The translations under genes and the position numbers were made by a program. The notes beneath the pieces were generated by a model. That model saw only the letters and a list, made by a program, of their open reading frames with translations. It was not told the origin of the DNA and made no database searches. DNA of 64,000 bases, from contig CM097882.1 of assembly GCA_044892505.1 (NCBI GenBank), forward strand, positions 196,540,001-196,604,000. Reading direction: 5' to 3'. Below, piece after piece: positions 49,327 to 62,961 of the stretch. This DNA comes from Schmidtea nova. Its lineage: Eukaryota. Numbering within the stretch: the first letter of the stretch is position 1; each line of letters starts with the position of its first letter.

Positions 49327-49452
49327 TACCAACTGTCTGTATTAAGTGTCTTCTGGTCCTTAATTACAGACTGTTGGTGTAATAAACAGCATTACTCACC
49401 AACTGCCTGTATTAAGTGTCTTTGTGGCCGTTAATTACAGACTGTTGGTGTA
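49327..49452 (+). ncRNA. Two tandem pre-miRNA-like hairpins sharing an identical 22-nt 3' arm
   Basis: Hairpins 49327-49381 and 49397-49452; 3' arm TTAATTACAGACTGTTGGTGTA is identical, while the loop and 5' arm differ. Confidence 0.4.
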
Positions 49453-49715
49453 TAATATAAATGATCCAATTAGTAACATTGGATAAATTTAGCCAAGAGG
49501 CAATCTAAAAAATTCTTTTTTATATAGTATTAAATTTGATGGTAAAATTAGGCATAGGGGGGTCACTGAGGTTTCAAAATTTTCCTAAATTAATTTAAAA
49601 TTTACAAAAGTATTTCCTTAACTCTTCGATAACCTAACATAAATTAAGATAAATTATAAAAATTTAATGTACTATAATCGTTGCCGTTGTTAAGACTTCG
49701 ACGATAAATTTAAAA

Positions 49716-49754
<39 letters not shown>

Positions 49755-49899
49755 TTTTAATTTTAATATAAATTTGATGGAATTTCGATCAATCTTAAGA
49801 GTAAACGCCGCTTAGGGTCAGTGAATTGGTAGTTGAGTATCGACAAATAACGAATATTCGCAAATCAATAAACGCACCGGGCCGAGTCACTGCAAAAAG

Positions 49900-51135
49900 C
49901 TTAAAATCGATAGTATGTTTGGGGAAACACGTACGAAAGACAAATTGTGTTTTGACGTGGTAACGCCTAATGATCAATTAAATAATTAATGTTGTTTGCT
50001 TGGAAATCAATGTTTTAATGACCTCGATTGAGGTAATATTCGTTTCCGAATTTACTGAGGGGCTTGTGAAATAAAACCGCGGACAAATTGTACAGGATCC
50101 GAAAGCTTTGATACTTGGTGAACAAATGATTTTTATGATTTTGTTGTGTTTGTTGATATGTTACATTTATTTTAAATTTATTCTTGTATGAAATTGTGGC
50201 TTGTACATTCTTTGATGTTGAAATGATCTATTTTAATGTATCAATAAATTCTCATTGACGTAATTATTTATTTTAAATTGCCGATTAAAATTCTTATTGA
50301 ATATTTTGAGAATATTTGTTGATTAAGTGAGTTAAATGGGCATTAGACTTTCTATCGGTAGCCCTATCATAGCTTCGATTTTTCGACACTCACTGTTTGT
50401 GGACATCCACCCGTTTGTTGCATTACCAACAATACATTGTGAAGGGCGACAAGATGGTTAAGCTAATGTTTTATTTATTGAGTTGTTGATGGGAGGCACA
50501 GTAACGTCAAGGTCATATTGACAATCAACAACCCACCAGAAGTATGAACCTTTGTGTAGCTAATTTTTGTTTTGTCGTTGTGTTTTATTTCGCTTTGTTA
50601 CTTACATGTCTATTCAATTGAGTTCATCGGTATTTTATCTTTTGCTTTATAACTAATAAAAATTTTATTCCCTAATTTAGACGTAGAATAGAAAAACAAA
50701 TTGAAAAATGCAAAACTGGAACTATTAAGTGAAGTAACCTTGAGTTTAAGAGTACCATGTTGAAGACTTTCTACCGTAATAATTTCAAAAAATTAACTGT
50801 AGATGTCATGGTTACACTAGAGGTAACTGGGTAATGAATTCCTACTAGTTCTTTTTTGGACTAACGTTAAGAAAGCTAAATTAAGGAAGGGACTAAAAGT
50901 ACCTAACTATAAGTACCTTCTATCGTTCGTTCTGAAACCCACTCACGACATTCGGTCAACTATAGTTTTGATTCATTTAATGCTCACTTTTTGCGAATGT
51001 CCACCCATTTGTTACAGTACCAACGTTACACTGTAGAGGACAAGAAGATGGTAATCTAATGTGTTGGGTTATTGATTTTTTAGGCCATTGCAACCGTTAA
51101 GGTCATTTCATTATATTATCAGCTACCCACCACTT
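49900..51135 (-). repeat. Copies 2 and 3 of the decayed Cys-containing coding family seen at 12540-13090
   Basis: WVVDCQYDLDV..CRPSQCIVGNATNGWMSTNSECRK and CPLQCNVGTVTNGW. Confidence 0.65.
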
Positions 51136-51886
51136 ATAAAATAAAACCCAATAACGGATCAATATTTAAAGTTTAGCAACGGACAAACAATTTTCGACAT
51201 CGCTCTTTCAAGTTAAGATGAGAGTATGAATTATGTGTTCTATGAAACTAATTTTTTTATTATTTTGTGATATTGTAGAATCTGAGAATCTAAAATTGCT
51301 GTCTCGCAGTCCTTTTTTTATTACATTGTTGTTGAAACATTTGCAATGATTATTAAATTGCTACGTTACAATGATAGAAATGGAAAAACAATTAAATAAA
51401 ATGGATCATAGGATAACTCGTATTGAGAACAAAATAAAGCTCTAACTAAAGAAAATGAAGAACTGAAACAAAAGCTAGGAAATTTTATTCAGTGTTGTAA
51501 ACGCATATGGTTTTGTTCAAAGAAAATGAAAGCAACACTAGAACGGTATCAAGAGATGCGGAAGCGAAGCGATGACGACGCACTACAGCGACGAGCACTG
51601 CAGGTTACCATCAAATAAAAAGAGTAAATCAAATAGCTGTGTCGAGCATGGATAAGCAATGGTCTTCCCTACATCGATCACTACAAATCTAACGGAAATG
51701 TTCCCACTATAAGTAAGGATTTTTGCGACGACAATAAGAGGACACAAGCTAAGTAAAACTGAATGAGCTCGCAATAAACAGCGACACAATGCTCACATAT
51801 TAAAACAATTTTCTCCTTTATTGCCACGCCAAGTGGATTTGATTTTGAAATTATTTTTATTGTTTCTTTGATTTGCATATAGTTTA

Positions 51887-54800
51887 TGTGAGATAATAAG
51901 ATAATTCAAAAATATTTATTCATTCAATAAATTTACTTATTTGAACAACTTTCTTTTCTTTTAAAAATCATTATTTTTAATTATTCTTCTTTATACATCT
52001 CCCCGAGATTCTGACAAATCTTCATTCCTGTGCCTCAAATCGGTCAGGACGCGGCATTGCCACGGTTCCGTAATCGACGATTGCTTTATGGGGAGACAGT
52101 AGCTTCATGATTCTTCCTCTCATCCAGGAAGATGTACATGGTTGATTTTGCGCGGGTTTCACCCACACCTTGTCGTTAATCTGAAAGCCATTGTCTATTT
52201 GTTGAGCCGTTCTTTTCGTTTCATTAAATCGATGTCTTAAGTCATAAGCGTAAATGCCTTTTATCGGGGGTCTGAAAGAACCATTTACTGGTATATTATT
52301 GTACCAGTAAATTGCTTCTTGCACATAGCATTCCGATTGCATGACTGCAGCTTTTATTGTTTTATGGTTCCACTTAATAATGCCGTTGCCTGCTGGTCTA
52401 TTAGTGGATCTGAATTCAGTTCTAATTTTTCACTTTTTCATTAGAGAAGTGAAAGTTTCTGACCTAAACGATAAGTAATTGTCCAACAGAAGCTCGTCAG
52501 GAGGTCCTCTTTCATAAAATACCTGTTCCAACTGTTTGCGAACGCCGTGTTACACGTATGTTTCATAATCCAATTTGAGGGAATTTTGGTTAATATGTCG
52601 GATTTATTTTTGTCTGTTGGAACGTATTCTATTTCAACCTTTATCTCATATTCAATAATTAGTTCTTTAATAACTTATTTACTAACTTATTTACTAAATT
52701 CTTATTTACTAACATTTCTGAGGAAGCTTTAGTTGAAACCTTTCTCTCGGATGTCAAGGCATTATGCACCCAACTTACCACGGATTTGTTATTCGACATG
52801 ATTTTTACTGTCTTTAAAATCCATTTGATGCATAAATTGATGCCTTTAACGATCGCCTCAAGTTCGCACAGGTTAATGTGCCTAACGTCATTCTCCTTTC
52901 TCAACCAGCATGCGTCTTCCACGATATTTCCGTCGATTTCTAGTGCTGCTCTTATGGCGATAGAGCTTGCATCACACCATAAAATGTTTCCTCTGTCCAT
53001 TGGTGTTTTCCATATACCATGAGCCGGATTATTCTTTTCAACCTCCTTAATTAACCATTTAACTTTGTATAGGTTTTGTACGCCGATTGGCCGGTCCCAT
53101 TCTCCTTCGCTTAATCGTTTGAGATAAGAGCACGCGGGTCGTAACCAACCTGCAACTGGAAGAATTCCGGTTAATTGACCGCATAATTAATACAGTTCTC
53201 GTCTATGTATTATTTTATTGTTTTATTCTGTCATTTAAACCCTACACGTAATTAACGATCTCTGTCATAATACCGGGAGCGATATTGATTCCGAAGCCTA
53301 GTCTCATCAATGTATATCGCCTTCCGTTTACAATGCATGACTGGTACTTCCACATACTCTCATCAACCCGGATTTGCATGTACGCATCAGATAAATCCAA
53401 AATCGCTATTTTCTTTCCTTTCTTTCTCCAATCTTTTATTGTTTCATTGCAAACTACTGCTTCTCCACTGTAGACGTCTAAATAATGATTTAAAGCTCTA
53501 AAATCGAACACTGGCCGTATTTTGCTCTTGTTCTTTTGCATAACCGGAAATAAAGTTACTGCTCTGACAGGCTTACCGAACCGGTTTTCGTCATATTCGA
53601 CTAACTATCCATTTTTGATCACTGCTCGATGACTTTGAGTGCTTGGCCTGCTTTGGGCTTATCTGGATCTAACTTGGAATATCGATCTGACATAGATACT
53701 GAGGGTTCTGTGTTCCAATTCCATGATACCATCCATTCTTTGTTGAACTTTGCTTCGAAGTTCATCCTTTGAATTAAAAAACTCTGAGCTTCGTTTCCGT
53801 TTACAACCCTCAAACATTTCAATTCACATCCGAATCTGACGTTTTCACTAATTGTCACTCCTCCTAGTGCTATAATGGCGTTCATACCTAATATGACTTC
53901 ATATCCCGCTATCATTTTTATAGAAATGTAACAGTCAATTATAAAGTACTTTCCTTCTAATTCGATTTCTGCCTTGTTCTGGCTCACCGGCAGTATCAAT
54001 CCATCTGCTAAAAACACGAGCGTTGGGTGACGTGATGGCTTCTCCGCGTATAATTGTTGTCGAGCATCCGGAATCTATAAGACATAGCCGTTTTGATCCA
54101 TTTATAGAAAGAAGTCTTTCTTTTAACATCTTTTTGGGATCGAGAGAGACTCTTGAATATTCTTGATCCCTTTGTCCTTTCCCGATTTACAATATTTGGA
54201 TTGGTGTCCGAGCATTTCACACCTAGAACATTGAATTTTTTCTTGTTCAGACAGTTACTGGCAAAATGGTTTTCATTACAAATATAACATTGCACCTTCT
54301 TTATCTTCATTGCAAAGGCAGACTGATGTCCATGAGCTAGATTCAGTCGTCAAGCGATGTCACCAATTGCGTCGACCGTCGTTGATCCTTGACATCTCAC
54401 CTCAGCTGCGATTTCTACTGGCAAGGAGTTGATTACAATGTTTATTGATAGATCTCCAGCGTTAAAAGCCAGATTCTTCATTTTTGATAAATGAATGTTA
54501 ATATTGTCCCCGATCTGGAATGTCTACTTGCTTCTGGGGGATCGCTGAAAGCTCGTATCAATGATATTTTAATTTCTTCATAACTAATATCTTCGTTTTC
54601 GCTGCTTCCTTCAAAGTGATAAATTCCTTCCCCTTCATGACAGCAGGTAAAATTTCTTTTTTTTCCATTGAACTTGTGAAGCTTGCATATTAATTCAAAC
54701 TTATCGAACCATTTATCGATTTTCATGTTTTCATCGTCAAAACATTCTATTGCACTCAATATATCTTTTATCATGCCCGGATAGCTTGTGAGATAATAGG

Positions 54801-54896
54801 ATAATTCAAAAATGTTTATTCATTCAATAAATCTACTTATTTAAACAACTTCTTTTCTTTTAAAAATCATTATTTTAAATTATTCTTCTTTATACA
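51887..54896 (-). mobile_element. Ty3/Gypsy LTR retrotransposon B (internally deleted)
   Basis: 110/111-bp LTRs 54787-54896 and 51887-51997 (about 5 substitutions + 1 indel); TSD GTTTA; PPT GGGGAGA. gag with CYICNENHFASNC, protease IDSGC, RT LDLSDAYMQI, RNase H WCDAS, integrase C-terminus. Confidence 0.93.
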
Positions 54897-56819
54897 GTTT
54901 ATCTTTATGCATTTTGTTGTGAATGATGTTTTAAATAATACCGTTAATATTTTATTTTTTATAAATATATTTGATTTATAATTTATTTATAATGACTATT
55001 AGTTGAATATTTAGCAAAAAGTTAAAGTGTTAGCTATAAATGTTTTTTTTCAAGATAATTATGTAGTAGTATCATATTGATAATAAAATTATTATAAACA
55101 AATTAAAATGTTTAAATTGATTTTTTGTCATAAAACAGATTTATTTGACATTAAAGACAAGGAACTGAGAATTGAAAATGAACATAAATTTTCTGTCAAC
55201 AGCACTTGAATTCTTTGAAATACTGAGTCAATCAGTTATGGGAACCGCTTATTTTTTGGGAGTATACTCCCATTAGTTACATTAAGAACATTATTTTGCG
55301 ATGAGTAACTATGGTTACATAATATTTATGAAGTTTCCGTGGTAAGGACACGCTCTAGGGCCGGGCAATCCTGACATTTGTCCGGGCGGCCTATTGGTTG
55401 TAAGTGTGAGAAAAATAGAAAAATTTTGATGTTTTAAATACTCAATAAATAGAAAATTTCACATAATTTTCTTCGTTAGGAAAAGTTTACAGTACAGCGT
55501 AGCGTATATTTATATTGTTTGTCTAAATGCTTAAGATATTTACACTATTATTGAAAAAATAACGCAGTATTTGTAAAGAACGATATTTGAACTTGCCTGA
55601 ACATGAAACCAATGCAATATAGCAATGAATATATGAAAGGAAAAACATTATCTAAAGCGACGAAGATAAGGCATTAATTAGGTTCATCACATCATTAAAA
55701 CGCGTTTTATAATAGTCTATTTGAATAATTTAACTGAATAAAATTTAAAAATCATGAATTATAATTCTTTTTAATGACTTTATGATTTGCTGAAGTATTT
55801 GTTATTATATAAGATACATATATAATAAAAATTTACTTTCTTTATTTTCCCAGATCCTAGATACGAAAATGTCTAACGATCAAAGAAAAAGACTGTATGG
55901 TTACTACATCTTTACAAGTTATTACATCTTTTAAATTTGGTGATGATTTCCTGTAGTACTCCAACAGAACCAAAAAGAGGTAGGAAAATAGGAAACTATT
56001 TACCGAGATTTTTGCAAAATTGTTGAAAGGAGAATTTATTAATTAAAAGGCAAAGGCGTTGCAATGAAATAATCAAAAAATCTAATCTGAAAGGATGAAC
56101 ATATATGAAATCATAAATAGCAGATCAAATGTGAAAATTAAAGATTTAAATGATAGAAAATTTTTATAAAAAGTATCGGGTATTCCTTCAATACGCGGAT
56201 AGTTACAAATTTCAAAGAATTTATTATAAAATACCTCTATTAATTAGCTCTAAAATTGAGTAGGGGAAATAATTCATCAGAAAAATATAAAATTTGTAAA
56301 TAAATTAAAAACTAAGGATAACTTATTTATTTTCAAATGTCATGAAACAAATTTATGAAATTCATATTCAAAAAACCAATGTCACCAATGGTTGAATATC
56401 AATTGAAAACATTACATCAAATCGTGTTTTCCATTATTTCATAACTATTAGAATTTATTTGATCTTTCGGTTCTGGTAGTTTTATTGAAACTTTCTGAAA
56501 TAATTTGTTTATCGAAAAACATTTGAAAATGTAAAATATATAATATTAAAAATTATCTTATAAATTACTCTAACATTCAATAATTCAATATTTTTCTAAT
56601 TGGTTCTTGAATTCCGGAATTTTGGTAAGTTCAATTAATGTAATTAGCGCAATAAGTAGTGAGACTCTTATAGAAGTAAATAAATGAATAAACCAAACTG
56701 TAAATATATTTTCATTCATGCATATAGATAAATATATTAATATTTGTTTTAATTAGTTATTACTTAATTATTACTTAATTAAGTTATTACTTAATTATGA
56801 AATTTTTGCACTTAGTTTA

Positions 56820-58870
56820 AAATGTCCATAGAAAGCGTGCAATAACGCAGTGTCATTCGTTTTCTCTTTATGAAAGGCAAGAGTAGAGAAGAAGTCAATA
56901 CAGAGATGTTTACTGTTTATGGTTGTGAGTGTCCATAAAAGCAACATTTTGCAGTTGGTAAAATCACTTCCAGGGTGGTAGAACCTCAGTTTAGGATGAG
57001 GAAAAGCCAGGAAAGTTATGAAATATCAAAGGAAAATAAAAGAAGACCTGAGAAAAATTGTTCAGACTGAGAGGAAAATTACAAGAAAATACTTAACAAT
57101 GCGCGTAAGAAAACTAGCATAAGAAAATTATGCTCTGACTATGTAGCACGATTTCATCTACATACATGCAAAATTGATATCGGCAGTTAACCTTTAGAAT
57201 TTTGCCGATTTTGGAGAGTTTCTTTTGGAGAATATTGTTACTATGGATGAGACACGACATTCACTATATATTCCACAGTTTAAATGAGAATCTGGAGAGT
57301 GGAAACTACCTAAAGAGATCTGTTCTAAAAATATGACGCGCATTATTCTTGCTGATTTTGCAGCAAGTTTGGTTCTAATTAACAGCTCCTACTACTCCAA
57401 ACTTGTGCAATAAACAAGGAAGCTCTAAAAGTAGACGTATATTACAGTAATTGACATGAACTCTTTTTAATCATTGCTAATTTCCAAACATTGCTAATTT
57501 TGAACTAGAAGTTTGTATTGGAGACAATCCTCATCCCATTTATTTGGAAATTGCGCTTTTAATTTTAGAATTTTTATCTAATTAACAATTTATCTTTTAA
57601 TGTTATAAATTTCATTACCATTACGGAAACTTTATAATTATCTTTCGGGGATAATATAAAAACTTTTTTATTATTTAAAACAAACTATTAGTTAAATTAC
57701 ACATTTTATCACATTTTTCATTCCTGTGAAGTAATTAAATAATTAAATAATTAATTAACTGTAAATAATAATTAATATATTAATGATTGAAGTATGTTGG
57801 TATCGCTAGAAATATGAAAATGCATTAATTAATTGTCCACGTTTTAGAAGTTGTTGTTTAAATAATATAATTTGGAAAATCTTTCGAATTGTTTACGATG
57901 ATAAAAATTAGATGAATAATCTCAATAGCTATCAAATGTCTAAAACAATGATATTTCAATATTACAATGAATATTTCGAAATTTCCATATTTTCAATGGA
58001 AAATCCAGTGATTTTATAATTTTATTTCCTTAAGTCAGAAATAAACAACTTCAAATGAATCAAAAAATGCATTTATTAATATAAAGATTTTTTTAGAAAT
58101 AGTGAGTCTTATATTAAAATTATAAAAAATGTCACTTTTACGAATCAAGTTCCAAACGCAATCTCCCATATTGTTTTTATATTGCCCTTGGTAACAATGT
58201 ATAAATTGCTAAATATCATGGTTGAAGCGCGAGCCTTGTTCTTCTGAGTAAGTTCTCAAGTAGAAATTGAATTTATTTAAATACGCATCATGCATATAGG
58301 CCTTGGGTGATATTCAGCAACCCATGGATCTGTAGTTCTTAACGAGAAATTTCAACAATTCCACAATTATAGGCTTTGCAACAAAACTTTTCCAACTTTT
58401 GTGAGGTTCTTGGTGAATTTAAGGTATTACATTATCTTCTTTATCTGAAGTCTAACAAATACGTCGGCTTTAACCTTTAACCCAGATAGCGTATGAAAGA
58501 AAGATTGACGCTGAAAATGTGTTAAAATTAATTCTACCTAAGACAGAAACCTCGTGGATACATGCAGACGTAATCGCCGAAAGCCAAATAATCTTCATTT
58601 ATGACTTCTTCCTGACAACACCCCAATTCACAAAAGTGCGGAAACAATGACATTGTTCCTCCCTACAGTGCCGATCTTGCGTCCAGTGATTTTTATCTAT
58701 TCAGTCATATGAAGAAACATTTGTGAGGGAGAATCTACCAAAATGATGTGTGTAACTTTTCTTGAAAGATCAAAACCAAATTTTCCTCAAAAATGCATTT
58801 TTGGAACTCTTGCATAATGAATTAAGAGTTCCAAAAATGACCAAAAATGAGTATATATATATATGAGTAT
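56820..58870 (+). mobile_element. mariner transposon remnant, split by other DNA
   Basis: HTH QRSVIRFLF..VYG..FQGGRTSV, IVTMDET, and downstream PDNTPIH..PPYSADLASSDFYLF. Confidence 0.7.
58140..58500 (-). pseudogene. Chapaev/CMC-like transposase C-terminal remnant
   Basis: NYRSMGC*ISPKAYMHDAYL..SEEQGSRFNHDI..YQG..DCVWNL (cf. MSLKIHFLHSH..SDEHGERFHQD..YQG..DYCW). Confidence 0.5.
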
Positions 58871-59195
58871 TAATTAATTAAAAATGATATTGAACTCACG
58901 TGAAATTTATTTAAATGTATATTTGTTAAATTAAGCGAATGTGAAATTGATGAATTCCTATGTTTCAATGCCGATTTTTTGTAATAGGAATTCGCTTTTG
59001 ATAAGGATTCTCGAAATGAATTTGTTTCAGCGATAGACTGATTAGACCTATATGGTACCTGATAAATAATATTTTATAACTAATTTTTGTCAATAGAATT
59101 TGTATTTAATCAGAAAATGTTTTTGAATAAAAATTAAATATAATTGATAAAAATTCTTTTCAGAAATCTAAAAACACTTTTCTATTATTAAAGGG

Positions 59196-62100
59196 TGTGA
59201 TAAAAAATGTTTGAAATAAAGCTCGATTCAGCGTTTATTCTTTATTACAAGATTCTTTTTCAAATTCTGTTTCTCTTTGAAAATCACTCGATATAAACAA
59301 ATCTATTTTCTTTTAAATTGATTATCTAAAATAAATTAATTATCACATTCCCCCGTGATCAGTACGACGAATCCAACTCGTACTGATCAAGATAGGAAGG
59401 CTTCCTTCGGTTGCGAGCCAAGCGCGTGTCTTCCTCACTCTCTTCTGGATTTCTGATGTCAACCTGATTGTCTTCAAATTCGCATTCGACATCGCTGGAT
59501 TTGATAGATTGATTTGGCAACACTCGGATGTCTGCAACATGACGCGGTACACCGTCAACCTCTACGTTGGTAGGTGAATTAATGCCAGTGATGATTCCAC
59601 TGGACCACTGATCAGTGCATTTGGTCGGAACTGGCTTTATAACAACATTCTGACCAGTTTTAAATTTACTAGATACTACGCGCTCCTCCTCGACATCTCT
59701 GTGAAATTTCCATTGGTACTTAAATAGCCCCTCTGATGGAGCTGTACTCTGATTCTTCGCGTCTTTGGGTGCCATGTTATACCAATAAACAATGTCCCGT
59801 TGGTCTGAACGACTCCTGGCTGCATGGGATTTTATTGTCCGGTGGTTTCTCTCCACGATACCATTCCCAGATGGACGGTAGGCACATATGTATGTCGGCT
59901 TTACATCCCATCTACAACATAAATCTTGTAAAGATTTAGAATGAAAACTAGGCCCATTGTCCATGAGTAGCTCACGAGGCGGACCTCTCTCTCGAAACAC
60001 TTCTTCGAGATTTTTCACAATATTTTGTGCATCTTCATTTGGTATCCTTCTCCAAATTGCAAATCTGCTAGGCCCACAATCAACGATAGTCAAGAAAATG
60101 GATCCTTCGTAGTGCGTTACATCTACAGCTAGTCTTTCCCAATTTTTATCGAACCCTAATGATTCATTTTACCACTTAAATGGCGACGGATCGATAGATT
60201 TACATTCAATACAATTTCTTACCACATTTTTATGAGGTCTCGTGGGGTTTCTGGGTTTTCTAACTGAATGAAATAAATAGATTTTTCCAGACCAAAATGG
60301 TTTTTGTTGTGACGGTTTCTTACTTGTTCTGACGATAAGCCCACGCAGCCAAAGGATGCTCTAGACTTCAACCACCTCTTTGGAATGCGTGTCAGTATAT
60401 CTGCTCGGTTTTCCGCTGATTTAACCAATTGCACCTGAATAAGAATTCTGTCATTCTTGATAATCTCTTTTATTATTCCCAAGCGACGTCTTATCAGAGT
60501 CTCTGAAATTCCATGGACACGAATCTTACATTCATTGTTAAGAACTGTTCTCAACCAGCCTACTACCGTCGCCGAATCCACCATCAGCTCGATTTTTTAA
60601 CGCCCCATTTGATTGCTAAGTTTACGCCTTTAAGAACTGCATCGAACTCAGCGACGTTTGTATGTGAATGATCATCACTTTTCCTGAGTCAAGTTGTATC
60701 CTCCACGACGTGGCCATTTATCACTAATACGACACCCAGTGCTAAACTGCTAGCATCACACCATAAAGAACAGTGATCCCTGATGTTTACAGTCCAGCTT
60801 CCTTTGACTGGATCGTCCATTTCAATGAGACTCGTCACTTCAGTCAATCTCGATTCGCACTCTGTTCCGACGAGATCATCCCAATTTGTACCATCCGCAA
60901 TTCTCTTGATAAAACTGCAAGCCACTCTGAGTCACCCCGCGACCGGATAATGCCCAATAAGCTTTCCACAAATAGAAAACAATTTACGCCGAGTAACTTT
61001 ACCTTCAATTGGGTCAACTATATTTCCTCTTGACCATAACAGGTTACCGTGACGATTGCGTTCAATTTTTAAACCGAGAACCTTTGTATCCACTAACAGT
61101 TCCACTGGCTTCGTTACTAATCTATATTGAGCCAAATGTTTCACCACTTCATCGATACTGACCAAACTCGTGTTAACAGCTATGTCATCGATGTAATGAT
61201 CTGTCGCATTCAGGATTCGCGAATCGAGACTCAGCACCTTTCTCAACATTGAGGACATTATCTTTGGAGCACAACTAAGACCAAATCCTAGTCTTGTAGG
61301 ATAATACGTCTTCTTTTTGTAGCGAATCCTTTGGAATTCCCAAAGATCTTTGCTTACATGCAACTGCAGATAAGCATTTCTTAGATCAAGCATCGATAGC
61401 TGTTCTCCCATCTGTCTCCATCGTTTTAGGCTCTCACCACAAACATCACTATCGCCAGTGTGACTCTTCACAAATTCATTGAGTTCCCTAAAGTCAAGAA
61501 CGAGTCGAACTTTTCCTTTGTTTTCTTGTATTGCAGAATTCCGCAGCCGGTTTCTTCAGCGAGGGTTAGCCAGCTTTCCATTATCCATCGCTCTACTTCA
61601 ACTTCATATTCTTGTCGCACTTCAGGCTTAATTGCGTATTCGGCAACGTTGTTCCGCAAGTCTTTCCATTTCCAAGATATTGTCCACTTGTCTCCGTCAA
61701 AACTTGCAGCGAAATCCTCATCGTCGATCTTCACTTGTTCTTGAACTAAAACCCGCATGAATACTCAAGTCCATTCACCAAACTGTACTCCATAATTGTC
61801 AATTGAGACTCCTCCAAGGCGTTCAATCGCATCGAGACCTAAAGTAACATCCACTCTGGTTACAAGATTCGACATTATTAAGCAATTTAACAAAAAACTT
61901 GTTCCTCGAACAGATAAATGACACTGACTCTCCTTCACAGTGGACTCTTCTACCATCTACTGCAACAACAACTCTGGCTTCACAACTTCCTTCTGCACAG
62001 ATACGGGAAACAATGGTTTGCGAACATCCAGAATCGACTAGTCCAGTGCACAATTTTCCATTCACTCTGAGTCTGACAAGTACTCGCGCAATACCTGACA

Positions 62101-62961
62101 TCACTGAGAAACCGCTGGCGCTCCAGTTTCTCTTTTGGCGTTTCCCTGTGCGTTTGAAGAGCATTGTCTCGACGAATGCCCTTTGATTCCACATGTCCAA
62201 CACTCTTGAGAGGGGTATTTATTTTTGAAATGTCCGGATTTTCCACATCCGTAGCAAAGTTTGACTTCTTTACCGGGCGCAAAACCACTTCCTTTCACTG
62301 CAATTAGACCAGTGGAGCCATTTTGTTCTGATATTAGTGCTCGAGCTTGTCGAACAACTTCTGAGAGATTCATTTCGAAGATCATTGATGAAGCTCTGAG
62401 TTAGTGGGAAACCATTGATGGAAGTCCGACTACAAATGCTCTCTTGAGAAGCCCATCATCATTTATTCCAGCCAGCGTAGCTAATCGCTGCAAATCTGTA
62501 AGAAAAACATCAACTGGCTCACCATTCCACAGACGATTGCGAAACGTGTCATATGCCTAGAATCCATCTATCGAAAAGGCATCTGTTAGGGATTTTTCAG
62601 TTGCGTCGATGTTTTCTTTGTCCTTCTCCGTCAGGTGATCATAAACAAGAAAAGCTTGTCCATCAAGCAGTAATGGGAGAAAGAAGGCCAAATCTTCGAT
62701 TTTTTTATGCTTGGCCACTAACTTCAGCTTCTTAAGCCAAGTTGAAAACTCACCTACTCCATCGTAGGGCTTGATAAATTTTTGCAACTCCATTATAGCC
62801 GCGATAGCTTGTGATAAAAAATGTTTGAAATAAAGCTCGATTCAACGTTTATTCTTTATTACAAGATTCTTTTCCAAATTCTGTTTCTCTTTGAAAATCA
62901 CTCGATATAAACAAATCTATTTTCTTTTAAATTGATTATCTAAAATAAATTAATTATCACA
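59196..62961 (-). mobile_element. Ty3/Gypsy LTR retrotransposon C (youngest; 3766 bp, complete domain set)
   Basis: 152-bp LTRs 62810-62961 and 59196-59347 (2 differences; 7-bp TGTGATA..TATCACA); TSD AAGGG/TAGGG; PPT GATCACGGGGGAA. gag with two CCHC knuckles, protease VDSGC, RT YIDD, RNase H WCDAS, integrase DDE (VD..MDNG..VERNH), with frameshifts. Confidence 0.95.
59343..62793 (-). pseudogene. gag-pol of element C (multiple frameshifts/stops)
   Basis: ORFs 62557-62793, 62101-62385, 61823-62203, 61468-61758, 60932-61471, 60689-60925, 60219-60584 and 59359-60093 form a gag-PR-RT-RH-IN order. Confidence 0.9.

Noticed and set aside
50683-50822. AG..GT-bounded exon-like stretch
   Set aside because: In-frame TGA in the only plausible frame and no recognisable homology.
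62810-62961. Tf1-like self-priming for the Gypsy elements
   Set aside because: No complement of the PBS motif is visible in any of the LTRs.
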